A stretch of 64,000 nt of DNA from Squalus acanthias (Eukaryota). This document shows, piece by piece, positions 13,701 through 28,056 of this stretch (position 1 is the stretch's first letter; every line of letters begins with the position of its first letter). The position numbers and the translations under genes are program-made. The stretch is from contig CM059431.1 of NCBI GenBank assembly GCA_030390025.1, forward strand, positions 114,330,001 to 114,394,000. The letters are read 5' to 3'. The notes under the pieces are model-generated. The model made no database searches. It was given only the letters and a program-made list of their open reading frames with translations, and was not told where the DNA came from.

Positions 13701-14734
13701 GGTAACTGTAATATATAGGCATTGACTGCAGGTTACTGAAATATACAGGGATTGAGTGTAGCTTCCTGTATTATACTGGCTTTGATTTCAGGTTCCTGTA
13801 ATGTACAGGCATTGAGTGCAGGTACTTGTAATGTACAGGCATTATGTGCAGGTTCCTGTATTGTTCAGGCATTGAGTGCAGGTACCTGTGATATACTTGC
13901 ATTGGGTGCAGGTCACTTTAATGTACAGGGATTGAGTGCAGGTACAGGAATGTACAGGCATTGACTGCAGGTACCTGTAATGTACAGGCATTGCGTGCAG
14001 GTAACTGTAATATACAGGCATTGAATGCAGGTATCTGTAATGTACAGGCATTGACTACAAGTATATGTAATGTACTGGAATTGAGAGCAGGTACCTTTAA
14101 TCTACAGGCATTGAGTGTGGGTATGTGTAATATGCAGGCATTGACCACCAGTACCTGTAATGCACAGGTATTGATTGCAGGTACCTGTAATATACAGGCA
14201 TTGTGTGCACCTGAGATATACAAGCATTGAGTGCAGGTACCTGTAATGTACTTGCATTGAGTTCAGGAACCTGTAAGTTACAGGCATTGAGTGCGGGTAC
14301 CTGTAATATACAGGAATTGTCTGCAGCTACCTATAATGTACAGGCATTGAGTGCAGGTATCTGTTAAGTACAGCCATTGAGTAAATTAATCTGTAATGTA
14401 CAAGCATTGACTACAATAACCTGTAATGTACAGGCGTTGAGTTCAAGTACCTTTAATGTACAGGCGTTGAGTGTGGGTACATGTAATATATAGTCATTGA
14501 ATCCCAGTACCTGTAATGTACAGGCATTGCATGCAGGTACCTGTAATGTACAGGCATTGAGTGCAGGTATTGGAATGTACAGGCATTGTGTGCAGTTACC
14601 TGTAATATAGAGGCATTGAGTGCAGGTAACTGTAATATTTAGGGATTGACTGCAGGGTACTGAAATATACAGCCATTGAATGCAGGTACCTGTAATGTAC
14701 AGGCATTGAGTGAAGGTAACTGTTATATAATGGC

Positions 14735-17700
14735 ATTGAGTGCATTAACCTGTAATATACAGGCATTGAGTGCATGTACCTGTAATGTACAGGCATTGAG
14801 TGCAGGTAGCTGTAATATACAGGCATTGAGTGCAGGTACCTGTAATGTACAGGCATTGAGTGCAGTTACCTGTGATACACAGGCATTGCGTGCAGGTAGC
14901 TGTATTGTACAGGCATTGACTGCAGGTGCCAGAAATATACAGGCATTGAGTGCAGTTACCTGTAATCGACAGGCATTGAGTGCAGTTACCTGTATTTTAC
15001 AGGCATTGAGTGCAGGTACCTGTAATATACATGTATTGAGTGCAGGTTCCTGTATTATACAGGCTTTGATTTCCGGTTCCTGTAATGTACAGGCATTGAT
15101 TGCAGGTATCTGTAATGTACAGGCATTGAGTGCAGCTCCCTGTAATATACAGGCATTGAGTGCAGGTACTTGTAATGTACAGACATTGAGTGCAGGTAAC
15201 TGTAATATATAGGCATTGACTGCAGGTTACTGAAATATACAGCCATTGAATGCAGGTAGTTGTAATGTACAGGCATTGAGTGCAGGTAACTGTTATATAA
15301 TGGCATTGAGTGCAGGTACCTGTTATCTACAGGCATTGAGTGTAGGTACCTGTGATGTACAGGCATTGAGTTCAGGAACCTGTAATTTACAGGCATTGAA
15401 TGTGGGTACCTGTAATATACAGGAATTGACTGCAGCTACCTGTAATGTACAGGCATTGAGTGCAGGTAACTGTAATATATAGGCATTGACTGCAGGTTAC
15501 TGAAACATACAGCCATTGAATGTAGGTAGTTGTAATGTACAGGCATTGAGTGCAGGTCACTGTAATGTACAGGCATTGAATGCAGGTACCTGTAATTTAC
15601 AGGCATTGATTGCAGATAACTGTAATGTACAGGCATTGAATGCAGGTACCTGTTTTGTATAGGCATTCACTACAAGTACATGTAATGTACTGGCATTGAG
15701 TGCAGGTACCTTTAATGTACAGGCATTGAGTGTGGGTATGTGTAATATACAGGCATTGACTACCAGTACCTGTAATGTACAGGTATTGATTGCAGGTACC
15801 TGTAATGTACATACATTGAGTGCAGGTACCTGTAATGTAGAGGCATTGAGTGCAGGTACTGGAATGTACAGGAATTGAGTGCTGATAACTGTAATATACA
15901 GGCATTGACTGCAGGTACCTGTGATACACATCCATTGAGTGCAGGTAACTGAAATATACAGGCATTGAGTGCAGGTACTTGTAATGCACCAGCATTGAGT
16001 GCGGGTATCTGAAATATACAGACATTGACTGCAGGTACCTGAGATATACAGGCATTGAGTGCAGGTACCTGTAATGTACAGGCATTGAGTGCAGTTAACT
16101 TTAATTAACAGACATTGAGTGCAGATAACTGTAATATACAGGCATTGTGTGCTGGTACCTGTGATGTACAGGGATTGAGTGCAGGTAACTGTAATATATA
16201 TACGCATTGAATACAGGTAACTGAAATATACAGCCATTGAATGCAGGTAGCTGTGATGTTCAGGCATTGAGTGCAGGTCACTATAATGCACAGGCATTGA
16301 GTGCAGGTAACTGTTATATAATGGCATTGAGTGCAGTTACCTGTGATACACAGGCATTGAGTGCAGGTAGCTGTAATGTACAGGCATTGACAGCAGGTGC
16401 CAGAAATATACAGGCATTGAGTGCAGGTACCTGTAATGTACAGTCATTGAGTGCAGGTAATTGGAATATACAGGCATTGAGTGCAGGTACTTTTAATGTA
16501 CAGGCATTGAGTGCAGGTATGTGCATTGTACAGGGATTGAGTGCAGGTAACAGTAATATACAGGCATTGAGTGCAGGTACCTGTAACATACTGGCATTGA
16601 GTGCAGGTAACTGTAATGTACAGGCATTGATAGCAGGTACCTGTAATATACAGGCATTGAGTGCAGGTAACTGTAATATATATACGCATTGAATACAGGT
16701 AACTGAAATATGCAGCCATTGAATGCAGGTAGCTGTAATGTTCAGGCACTGAGTGCAGGTCACTATAAGGTACAGGCATTGAGTGCAGGTAACTGTTATA
16801 TAATGGCACTGAGTGCAGTTACTTGTGATACACATTGAGTGCAGGTAGCTGTAATGTTCAGGCATTGACAGCAGGTGCCAGAAATATACAGACATTGAGT
16901 GCAGGTACCTGTAATGTACAGTCATTGAGTGCAGGTAATTGGAATATACAGGCATTGAGTGCAGCTACCTTTAATGTACAGGTATTGAGTGCAGGGACCT
17001 TTAATGTACAGGGATTGAGTGCAGGTACGTGCATTGTACTGGGATTGAGTTCTGGTACCTGTAATGTGCAGGCATTCAGTGCAGGTACCAGTAATATACA
17101 GGCATTGAGTGCAGGTACCTGTAATGTACAGGCAATGAGTGAGGGTAACTGTAATACACCGGCATTGTGTGCAGGTACCTGTTATCTACAGGCATTGAGT
17201 GCAGTTACCGGTAATGTACAGGCAATGAGTGCAGTTACTTGTAATCTACAGGCATTGACTGCAGGTACCTGTTATGAACAGGCAATGAGTGCAGGTACCT
17301 TGAAATATACAGGAATTCAGTGCAGGCACATGTAATGTACAGGCATTGAGTGCAGGTACCTGTTATCCACAGGCATTGAGTGCAGGTACCCGTAATGTAC
17401 TTGCATTGAGTGCAGGAATCTATAATTTACAGGCATTGAGTGCAGGTACCTGTACTGTACAGGCATTGAGTGCAGGTACCTGTAATTTAGAGGCAATGAG
17501 TGCAGGTAATTTTAATATACAGGCTTTGAGTGCAGGTCTCTGTCATTTAAAGGCATTGCGTGCAGGTCCCTGTAATGTACAGGCAATGAGTGCAGGTACC
17601 TTTGATATACTGGCATTGAGTGAATGTACCTGTTAAGTACAGCCATTGAGTGCATTAACCTGTAATATACAGGCATTGAGTGCATGTACCTGTAATGTAC

Positions 17701-20700
17701 AGGCATTGAGTGCAGGTAGCTGTAATATACAGGCATTGAGTGCAGGTACCTGTAATGTACAGGCATTGAGTGCACTTACCTGTGATACACAGGCATTGCG
17801 TGCAGGTAGCTGTAATGTACAGGCATTGACTGCAGGTGCCAGAAATATACAGGCATTGAGTGCAGTTACCTGTAATCGACAGGCATTGAGTGCAGTTACC
17901 TGTATTTTACAGGCATTGAGTGCAGGTACCTGTAATATACATGTATTGAGTGCAGGTTCCTGTATTATACAGGCTTTGATTTCCGGTTCCTGTAATGTAC
18001 AGGCATTGATTGCAGGTATCTGTAATGTACAGGCATTGAGTGCAGCTCCCTGTAATATACAGGCATTGAGTGCAGGTACTTGTAATGTACAGACATTGAG
18101 TGCAGGTAACTGTAATATATAGGCATTGACTGCAGGTTACTGAAATATACAGCCATTGAATGCAGGTAGTTGTAATGTACAGGCATTGAGTGCAGGTAAC
18201 TGTTATATAATGGCATTGAGTGCAGGTACCTGTTATCTACAGGCATTGAGTGTAGGTACCTGTGATGTACAGGCATTGAGTTCAGGAACCTGTAATTTAC
18301 AGGCATTGAATGTGGGTACCTGTAATATACAGGAATTGACTGCAGCTACCTGTAATGTACAGGCATTGAGTGAGGGTATCTGTAATATACAGACATTGAG
18401 TGCAGGTAACTGTAATATATAGGCATTGACTGCAGGTTACTGAAACATACAGCCATTGAATGTAGGTAGTTGTAATGTACAGGCATTGAGTGCAGGTCAC
18501 TGTAATGTACAGGCATTGAATGCAGGTACCTGTAATTTACAGGCATTGATTGCAGATAACTGTAATGTACAGGCATTGAATGCAGGTACCTGTTTTGTAT
18601 AGGCATTCACTACAAGTACATGTAATGTACTGGCATTGAGTGCAGGTACCTTTAATGTACAGGCATTGAGTGTGGGTATGTGTAATATACAGGCATTGAC
18701 TACCAGTACCTGTAATGTACAGGTATTGATTGCAGGTACCTGTAATGTACATACATTGAGTGCAGGTACCTGTAATGTAGAGGCATTGAGTGCAGGTACT
18801 GGAATGTACAGGAATTGAGTGCTGATAACTGTAATATACAGGCATTGACTGCAGGTACCTGTGATACACATCCATTGAGTGCAGGTAACTGAAATATACA
18901 GGCATTGAGTGCAGGTACTTGTAATGCACCAGCATTGAGTGCGGGTATCTGAAATATACAGACATTGACTGCAGGTACCTGAGATATACAGGCATTGAGT
19001 GCAGGTACCTGTAATGTACAGGCATTGAGTGCAGTTAACTTTAATTAACAGACATTGAGTGCAGATAACTGTAATATACAGGCATTGTGTGCTGGTACCT
19101 GTGATGTACAGGGATTGAGTGCAGGTAACTGTAATATATATACGCATTGAATACAGGTAACTGAAATATACAGCCATTGAATGCAGGTAGCTGTGATGTT
19201 CAGGCATTGAGTGCAGGTCACTATAATGCACAGGCATTGAGTGCAGGTAACTGTTATATAATGGCATTGAGTGCAGTTACCTGTGATACACAGGCATTGA
19301 GTGCAGGTAGCTGTAATGTACAGGCATTGACAGCAGGTGCCAGAAATATACAGGCATTGAGTGCAGGTACCTGTAATGTACAGTCATTGAGTGCAGGTAA
19401 TTGGAATATACAGGCATTGAGTGCAGGTACTTTTAATGTACAGGCATTGAGTGCAGGTATGTGCATTGTACAGGGATTGAGTGCAGGTAACAGTAATATA
19501 CAGGCATTGAGTGCAGGTACCTGTAACATACTGGCATTGAGTGCAGGTAACTGTAATGTACAGGCATTGATAGCAGGTACCTGTAATATACAGGCATTGA
19601 GTGCAGGTAACTGTAATATATATACGCATTGAATACAGGTAACTGAAATATGCAGCCATTGAATGCAGGTAGCTGTAATGTTCAGGCACTGAGTGCAGGT
19701 CACTATAAGGTACAGGCATTGAGTGCAGGTAACTGTTATATAATGGCACTGAGTGCAGTTACTTGTGATACACATTGAGTGCAGGTAGCTGTAATGTTCA
19801 GGCATTGACAGCAGGTGCCAGAAATATACAGACATTGAGTGCAGGTACCTGTAATGTACAGTCATTGAGTGCAGGTAATTGGAATATACAGGCATTGAGT
19901 GCAGCTACCTTTAATGTACAGGTATTGAGTGCAGGGACCTTTAATGTACAGGGATTGAGTGCAGGTACGTGCATTGTACTGGGATTGAGTTCTGGTACCT
20001 GTAATGTGCAGGCATTCAGTGCAGGTACCAGTAATATACAGGCATTGAGTGCAGGTACCTGTAATGTACAGGCAATGAGTGAGGGTAACTGTAATACACC
20101 GGCATTGTGTGCAGGTACCTGTTATCTACAGGCATTGAGTGCAGTTACCGGTAATGTACAGGCAATGAGTGCAGTTACTTGTAATCTACAGGCATTGACT
20201 GCAGGTACCTGTTATGAACAGGCAATGAGTGCAGGTACCTTGAAATATACAGGAATTCAGTGCAGGCACATGTAATGTACAGGCATTGAGTGCAGGTACC
20301 TGTTATCCACAGGCATTGAGTGCAGGTACCCGTAATGTACTTGCATTGAGTGCAGGAATCTATAATTTACAGGCATTGAGTGCAGGTACCTGTACTGTAC
20401 AGGCATTGAGTGCAGGTACCTGTAATTTAGAGGCAATGAGTGCAGGTAATTTTAATATACAGGCTTTGAGTGCAGGTCTCTGTCATTTAAAGGCATTGCG
20501 TGCAGGTCCCTGTAATGTACAGGCAATGAGTGCAGGTACCTTTGATATACTGGCATTGAGTGAATGTACCTGTTAAGTACAGCCATTGAGTGCATTAACC
20601 TGTAATATACAGGCATTGAGTGCATGTACCTGTAATGTACAGGCATTGAGTGCAGGTAGCTGTAATATACAGGCATTGAGTGCAGGTACCTGTAATGTAC

Positions 20701-23700
20701 AGGCATTGAGTGCAGTTACCTGTGATACACAGGCATTGCGTGCAGGTAGCTGTATTGTACAGGCATTGACTGCAGGTGCCAGAAATATACAGGCATTGAG
20801 TGCAGTTACCTGTAATCGACAGGCATTGAGTGCAGTTACCTGTATTTTACAGGCATTGAGTGCAGGTACCTGTAATATACATGTATTGAGTGCAGGTTCC
20901 TGTATTATACAGGCTTTGATTTCCGGTTCCTGTAATGTACAGGCATTGATTGCAGGTATCTGTAATGTACAGGCATTGAGTGCAGCTCCCTGTAATATAC
21001 AGGCATTGAGTGCAGGTACTTGTAATGTACAGACATTGAGTGCAGGTAACTGTAATATATAGGCATTGACTGCAGGTTACTGAAATATACAGCCATTGAA
21101 TGCAGGTAGTTGTAATGTACAGGCATTGAGTGCAGGTAACTGTTATATAATGGCATTGAGTGCAGGTACCTGTTATCTACAGGCATTGAGTGTAGGTACC
21201 TGTGATGTACAGGCATTGAGTTCAGGAACCTGTAATTTACAGGCATTGAATGTGGGTACCTGTAATATACAGGAATTGACTGCAGCTACCTGTAATGTAC
21301 AGGCATTGAGTGCAGGTAACTGTAATATATAGGCATTGACTGCAGGTTACTGAAACATACAGCCATTGAATGTAGGTAGTTGTAATGTACAGGCATTGAG
21401 TGCAGGTCACTGTAATGTACAGGCATTGAATGCAGGTACCTGTAATTTACAGGCATTGATTGCAGATAACTGTAATGTACAGGCATTGAATGCAGGTACC
21501 TGTTTTGTATAGGCATTCACTACAAGTACATGTAATGTACTGGCATTGAGTGCAGGTACCTTTAATGTACAGGCATTGAGTGTGGGTATGTGTAATATAC
21601 AGGCATTGACTACCAGTACCTGTAATGTACAGGTATTGATTGCAGGTACCTGTAATGTACATACATTGAGTGCAGGTACCTGTAATGTAGAGGCATTGAG
21701 TGCAGGTACTGGAATGTACAGGAATTGAGTGCTGATAACTGTAATATACAGGCATTGACTGCAGGTACCTGTGATACACATCCATTGAGTGCAGGTAACT
21801 GAAATATACAGGCATTGAGTGCAGGTACTTGTAATGCACCAGCATTGAGTGCGGGTATCTGAAATATACAGACATTGACTGCAGGTACCTGAGATATACA
21901 GGCATTGAGTGCAGGTACCTGTAATGTACAGGCATTGAGTGCAGTTAACTTTAATTAACAGACATTGAGTGCAGATAACTGTAATATACAGGCATTGTGT
22001 GCTGGTACCTGTGATGTACAGGGATTGAGTGCAGGTAACTGTAATATATATACGCATTGAATACAGGTAACTGAAATATACAGCCATTGAATGCAGGTAG
22101 CTGTGATGTTCAGGCATTGAGTGCAGGTCACTATAATGCACAGGCATTGAGTGCAGGTAACTGTTATATAATGGCATTGAGTGCAGTTACCTGTGATACA
22201 CAGGCATTGAGTGCAGGTAGCTGTAATGTACAGGCATTGACAGCAGGTGCCAGAAATATACAGGCATTGAGTGCAGGTACCTGTAATGTACAGTCATTGA
22301 GTGCAGGTAATTGGAATATACAGGCATTGAGTGCAGGTACTTTTAATGTACAGGCATTGAGTGCAGGTATGTGCATTGTACAGGGATTGAGTGCAGGTAA
22401 CAGTAATATACAGGCATTGAGTGCAGGTACCTGTAACATACTGGCATTGAGTGCAGGTAACTGTAATGTACAGGCATTGATAGCAGGTACCTGTAATATA
22501 CAGGCATTGAGTGCAGGTAACTGTAATATATATACGCATTGAATACAGGTAACTGAAATATGCAGCCATTGAATGCAGGTAGCTGTAATGTTCAGGCACT
22601 GAGTGCAGGTCACTATAAGGTACAGGCATTGAGTGCAGGTAACTGTTATATAATGGCACTGAGTGCAGTTACTTGTGATACACATTGAGTGCAGGTAGCT
22701 GTAATGTTCAGGCATTGACAGCAGGTGCCAGAAATATACAGACATTGAGTGCAGGTACCTGTAATGTACAGTCATTGAGTGCAGGTAATTGGAATATACA
22801 GGCATTGAGTGCAGCTACCTTTAATGTACAGGTATTGAGTGCAGGGACCTTTAATGTACAGGGATTGAGTGCAGGTACGTGCATTGTACTGGGATTGAGT
22901 TCTGGTACCTGTAATGTGCAGGCATTCAGTGCAGGTACCAGTAATATACAGGCATTGAGTGCAGGTACCTGTAATGTACAGGCAATGAGTGAGGGTAACT
23001 GTAATACACCGGCATTGTGTGCAGGTACCTGTTATCTACAGGCATTGAGTGCAGTTACCGGTAATGTACAGGCAATGAGTGCAGTTACTTGTAATCTACA
23101 GGCATTGACTGCAGGTACCTGTTATGAACAGGCAATGAGTGCAGGTACCTTGAAATATACAGGAATTCAGTGCAGGCACATGTAATGTACAGGCATTGAG
23201 TGCAGGTACCTGTTATCCACAGGCATTGAGTGCAGGTACCCGTAATGTACTTGCATTGAGTGCAGGAATCTATAATTTACAGGCATTGAGTGCAGGTACC
23301 TGTACTGTACAGGCATTGAGTGCAGGTACCTGTAATTTAGAGGCAATGAGTGCAGGTACTTTTAATATACAGGCTTTGAGTGCAGGTCTCTGTCATTTAA
23401 AGGCATTGCGTGCAGGTCCCTGTAATGTACAGGCAATGAGTGCAGGTACCTTTGATATACTGGCATTGAGTGAATGTACCTGTTAAGTACAGCCATTGAG
23501 TGCATTAACCTGTAATATACAGGCATTGAGTGCATGTACCTGTAATGTACAGGCATTGAGTGCAGGTAGCTGTAATATACAGGCATTGAGTGCAGGTACC
23601 TGTAATGTACAGGCATTGAGTGCAGTTACCTGTGATACACAGGCATTGCGTGCAGGTAGCTGTATTGTACAGGCATTGACTGCAGGTGCCAGAAATATAC

Positions 23701-23914
23701 AGGCATTGAGTGCAGTTACCTGTAATCGACAGGCATTGAGTGCAGTTACCTGTATTTTACAGGCATTGAGTGCAGGTACCTGTAATATACATGTATTGAG
23801 TGCAGGTTCCTGTATTATACAGGCTTTGATTTCCGGTTCCTGTAATGTACAGGCATTGATTGCAGGTATCTGTAATGTACAGGCATTGAGTGCAGCTCCC
23901 TGTAATATACAGGC
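14735..23914 (+). repeat. Higher-order repeat: ~2910-bp unit (~97 monomers), ~3.15 near-identical copies
   Basis: The landmark CATTGAGTGCATTAACC occurs at about 14734, 17644, 20584 and 23494 (spacings 2910, 2940, 2910). Copy 2 has one extra monomer near 18361-18390. ORF sets repeat at 16237/19177/22087. Confidence 0.93.
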
Positions 23915-25793
23915 AATGAGTGCAGGTACCCTTGATATACAGGCATTGCGTGCAGGTACTTGTAATATAGAGGCAATGAGTGCAGTTATTTGTAATCTAC
24001 AGGCATTGAGTGCAGGTAACTGTAATATACAGGCATTGAGTGCAGGTAACTATAATATACAGGTATTGTGTGCTGGTACCTGTAATGTACAGGCATTGAG
24101 TGCAGGTAATTGTAATATATAGGCATTGGCTGCAGGTTTCTGAAATATACAGCCATTGAATGCAGGTAGCTGTAATGTACAGGCATTGAGTGCAGGTAAC
24201 TGTTATATAATGGCATTGAGTGCAGGTAGCTGTAATATACAGGCATTGAGTGCAGGTATCTGTAATGTACAGGCATTGAGTGCAGGTACCAGTAACATAC
24301 AGGCATTGAGTGCATGTACCTGTAATGTACAGGTATTGAGTGCAGGTAACTGTAATATACAGGCAATGAGTGCAGGTACCTGTAATCTACAGGCATTGAC
24401 TGCAGGTACCTGTAATGCACAGGCAGTGAGTGCAGGTACCCGTGATGTACAGGCATTGAGTGCAGGAACCTGTAATTTACAGGCATTGAGTGCAGGCACC
24501 TGTTAATGCAGCCATTGAGTGCATTAACCTGAAATGTACATGCTTTGAGTGCAGTTAACTTTAATTAACAGGCGTTGAGTGCAGGTACCTGTAATGTACA
24601 GGCATTGAGTGCAGATTACTATACTATATACACGCATTGAGTGCAGGTCCTGCAAGGTAATGGCATTTTGTGCAGGTACCTGTAATATATAGGCATTGAA
24701 TGCAGATAACTGTAATATACAGGCATTGTGTGCTGGTACCTGTAATGTACAGGCATTGCGTGCAGGTAACTGTAATATAAAGGGATTGACTGCAGGTTAC
24801 TGAAATATACAGCCATTGAATGCAGGTAGCTGTAAAGTACAGGCATTGAGTGCAGTTCACTGTAATATACAGGCATTGATTGAAGGTAACTGTTATATAA
24901 TGACATTGTGTGCAGGTACCTGTAATGTACAGGCATTGAGTGCAGGTACCTGTAATGTGCAGGCATTGAGTGCATGTAACTGGAATATACAGGCATTAAG
25001 TGCATGTAACTGGAATATACAGGCATTAAGTGCAGGTATCTTTAATCTACAGGCATTGACTGCAGGTACCTGTAATATAGAGGGATTGAGTGCAGGTTCC
25101 TGCATTATACAGGCTTTGATTTCAGGTTCCTGTAATGTACAGGCATTGATTGCAGGTATCTGTAATGTACAGGCATTGAGTGCAGCTCCCTGTAATATAC
25201 AGGCATTGAGTGCAGCTCCCTGTAATATACAGGCATTGAGTGCAGGTACCTGTAATGTACATGCATTGAGTGCAGGTACCTGTAATATACAGGCATTGAG
25301 TGCAGGTACATGTAATGTACAGGCATTGTGTGCAGGTACCTGTGATACACATGCATTGAGTGTGGTTATCTGAAATATACAGGCATTGAGTGCAGCAAAT
25401 AATGGAGGCCTGTAAAAAAGGTGCGGTAATAATCATGGGTGATTTTAGTCTCCAAATTGATTGAACAAATCAATTTGCCATGTTAGCCTGGAGGAGGAGT
25501 TCATAGAGTGCATCCGGGATGTTATCCTAGAACAGTATGTCATGGAACCAACCAGGGAGCAAGCTATCTTGGATCTGGTACTATGTAATGAGACAGAATT
25601 AATAAATGATCTCATAGTAAAGGATCCTCTAGGAAAGAGTGATCATAGCATGGTTGAATTTCAAATTCAGTTGGAGGGTGAGAAAGTTGTATCCCTAACC
25701 AGTGTCCTTATTTTAAACAAAGGCAATTATAATGGCATGAGTGCAGAACTGGCTAAAGTGGACTGTAAAAACAAATTAAAGGGTAAGAAAGTT

Positions 25794-28056
25794 ACATACG
25801 AACATACAAATTAGGAGCAGGAGTAGGCCACTCGGCCCCTTGAGCCTGCGCCGCCATTCAATAAGATCATGGCTGATCTGATTACTCCACATTCCCACCT
25901 ACCCCCGATAACTTTTCACCCCCTTGCTTTCCAAGAATCTATCTACCTCTGCCTTAAAAATATTCAAAGACTCTGCTTCCACCGCCCTCTGAGGAAGAGA
26001 GTTCCAAAGACTCACGACCCTCTGTGAGAAAAAATTTCTCCTCATCTCTGTCTTAAATGGGCGACCCCTTATTTTTAAACAGTGACCCCTAGTTCTAGAT
26101 TCTCCCACAAGAGGAAACATCCTCTCCACATTCACCCTGTCCAGACCCCTCAGGATCTTATATGTTTCAATCAAGTCCCCTCTTGCTCTTCTAAACTCCA
26201 GCGGATACAAGCCTAGCCTGTCCAACCTTTTCTCATAAGACAACCCGCCCATTCCAGGTATTAGTCTAGTAAACCTTCTCTGAACTGCTTCCAACGCATT
26301 TACATCCTTCCTTAAATAAGGAGACCAATACTGTACACAGTACTCCAGATGTGGTCTCACCAATGCCCTGTATAACTGAAGCATAACCTCCCTACTTTTG
26401 TATTCAATTCCCCTCGCAATAAACGATAACATTCTATTAGCTTTCCTAATTACTTGCTGTACCTGCATAGTAACCTTTTGTGATTCATGCACTAGGACAC
26501 CCAGATCCCTCTGCATCTCAGAGCTCTGCAATCTCTCACCATTTAGATAATATGCTTCTTTTATATTCTTCTTGCCAAAATGGACAACTTCACATTTTCC
26601 CACATTATACTCCATTTGCCAGATCTTTGCCCACTCACTTAACTTATCTATATCCCTTTGTAGCCTCCTTATGTCCTCTTCACAATTTACTTTCCTACCT
26701 ATCTTTGTGTCATCAGCAAATTTAGCAACCATACCTTCGGTCCCTTCATCCAAGTCATTTATATAAATTGTAAAAAGTTGAGGCCCCAGCACTGATCCCT
26801 GTGGCACACCACTCGTTACATCTTGCCAATCAGAAAATGACCCATTTATGCCTACTCTCTGTTTCCTGTTAGCTAGCCAATCTTCTATCCTTGCCAATAT
26901 GTTACCCCCTACACCATGAGCTTTTATTTTCCACAATAACTTTTGATGTGGCACCTTATCAAATGCCTTCTGGAAATCTAAGTACAGTACATCCACTGGT
27001 TCCCCTTTATCCACAGCACATGTTACTTCCTCAAAGAACTCCAATAAATTGGTTAAACATGATTTCCCTTGCACAAAACCATGTTGACTCTGCCTGATTA
27101 CTTTGAACTTTTCTAAATGCCCTGCTATAACGTCTTTAATAATGGCTTCTAACATCTTCCCTATGACAGATGTTAAGCTAACTGGCCTGTAGTTTCCTGC
27201 TTTCTGTCTCCTTCCCTTTTTGAATAAAGGAGTTACATTTGCTATTTTCCAATCTAATGGTACCTTCCCCGAATCTAGGGAATTTTGGAAAATTAAAACC
27301 AATGCATCAACTATCTCATTAGCCACTTCTTTTAAGACCCTAGGATGAAGTCCATCAGGACCCGAGGACTTGTCATCCCGCAGCTCCAACAATTTGCTCA
27401 GTACCACTTCCCTGGTGATTTATAATTTTCTTGAGTTCCTCCCTCCCTTCCATTTCCTGATTTACAGCTATTTCTGGGATGTTACTTGTATCCTCTATAG
27501 TGAAGACCGATGCAAAATACCTGTTCAATTCAACTGTCATCTGCTTATTTTCCATTATTAATTCCTCAGACTCACTTTTTATAGGACCAATGCTCATTTT
27601 GTTAACTCTTTTCTTTTTTAAATATCTATAGAAACTCTTACGATCTGTTTTTATATTCCTAACTAGCTTTCTCTCGTACTCCAATTTTTCTCTCCTTATT
27701 AATCTATTAGTCATTCTTTGCTGTTTTTTATATTCTGTCCAATCTTCTGACCTGCCACCCATCTTTGCGCAATTATATGCTTTTTCTTTAAGTTTAATGC
27801 TATCTTTAACGTTTTTAGTTAACCACGGATGGTGGGTCCTCCCCTTGGAATTTTTCTTTCTTGTTGGAATGTATATATTCTGTGTATTTTGAAATATCCC
27901 CTTAAATGTCTGCCACTGCAACTCTATTGACCTATCCCTTAACCTAATTTGCCAGTTCACTTTAGCTAGCTCTGCTTTCATGCCCTCATAATTGCCCTTA
28001 TTTAAGTTTAAAATACTAGTCTTGGACCCACTCTTTTCTCTCTCAAACTGAATGTA
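25794..28056 (-). mobile_element. 5'-truncated CR1-clade LINE nested antisense inside the previous CR1
   Basis: 6-bp TSD AAAGTT at 25788-25793 and 28057-28062, with the 3' tail at 25794-25810. The host reading frame resumes after it. Confidence 0.95.
25899..28056 (-). pseudogene. CR1 ORF2 reverse-transcriptase remnant: 502-aa open RT segment, one frameshift near 27400-27420, no endonuclease N-terminus
   Basis: ORF track 25899..27407 contains [10 protein letters not shown] and KFADD. The upstream tether region lies in a different frame (27373..28158). Confidence 0.9.
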
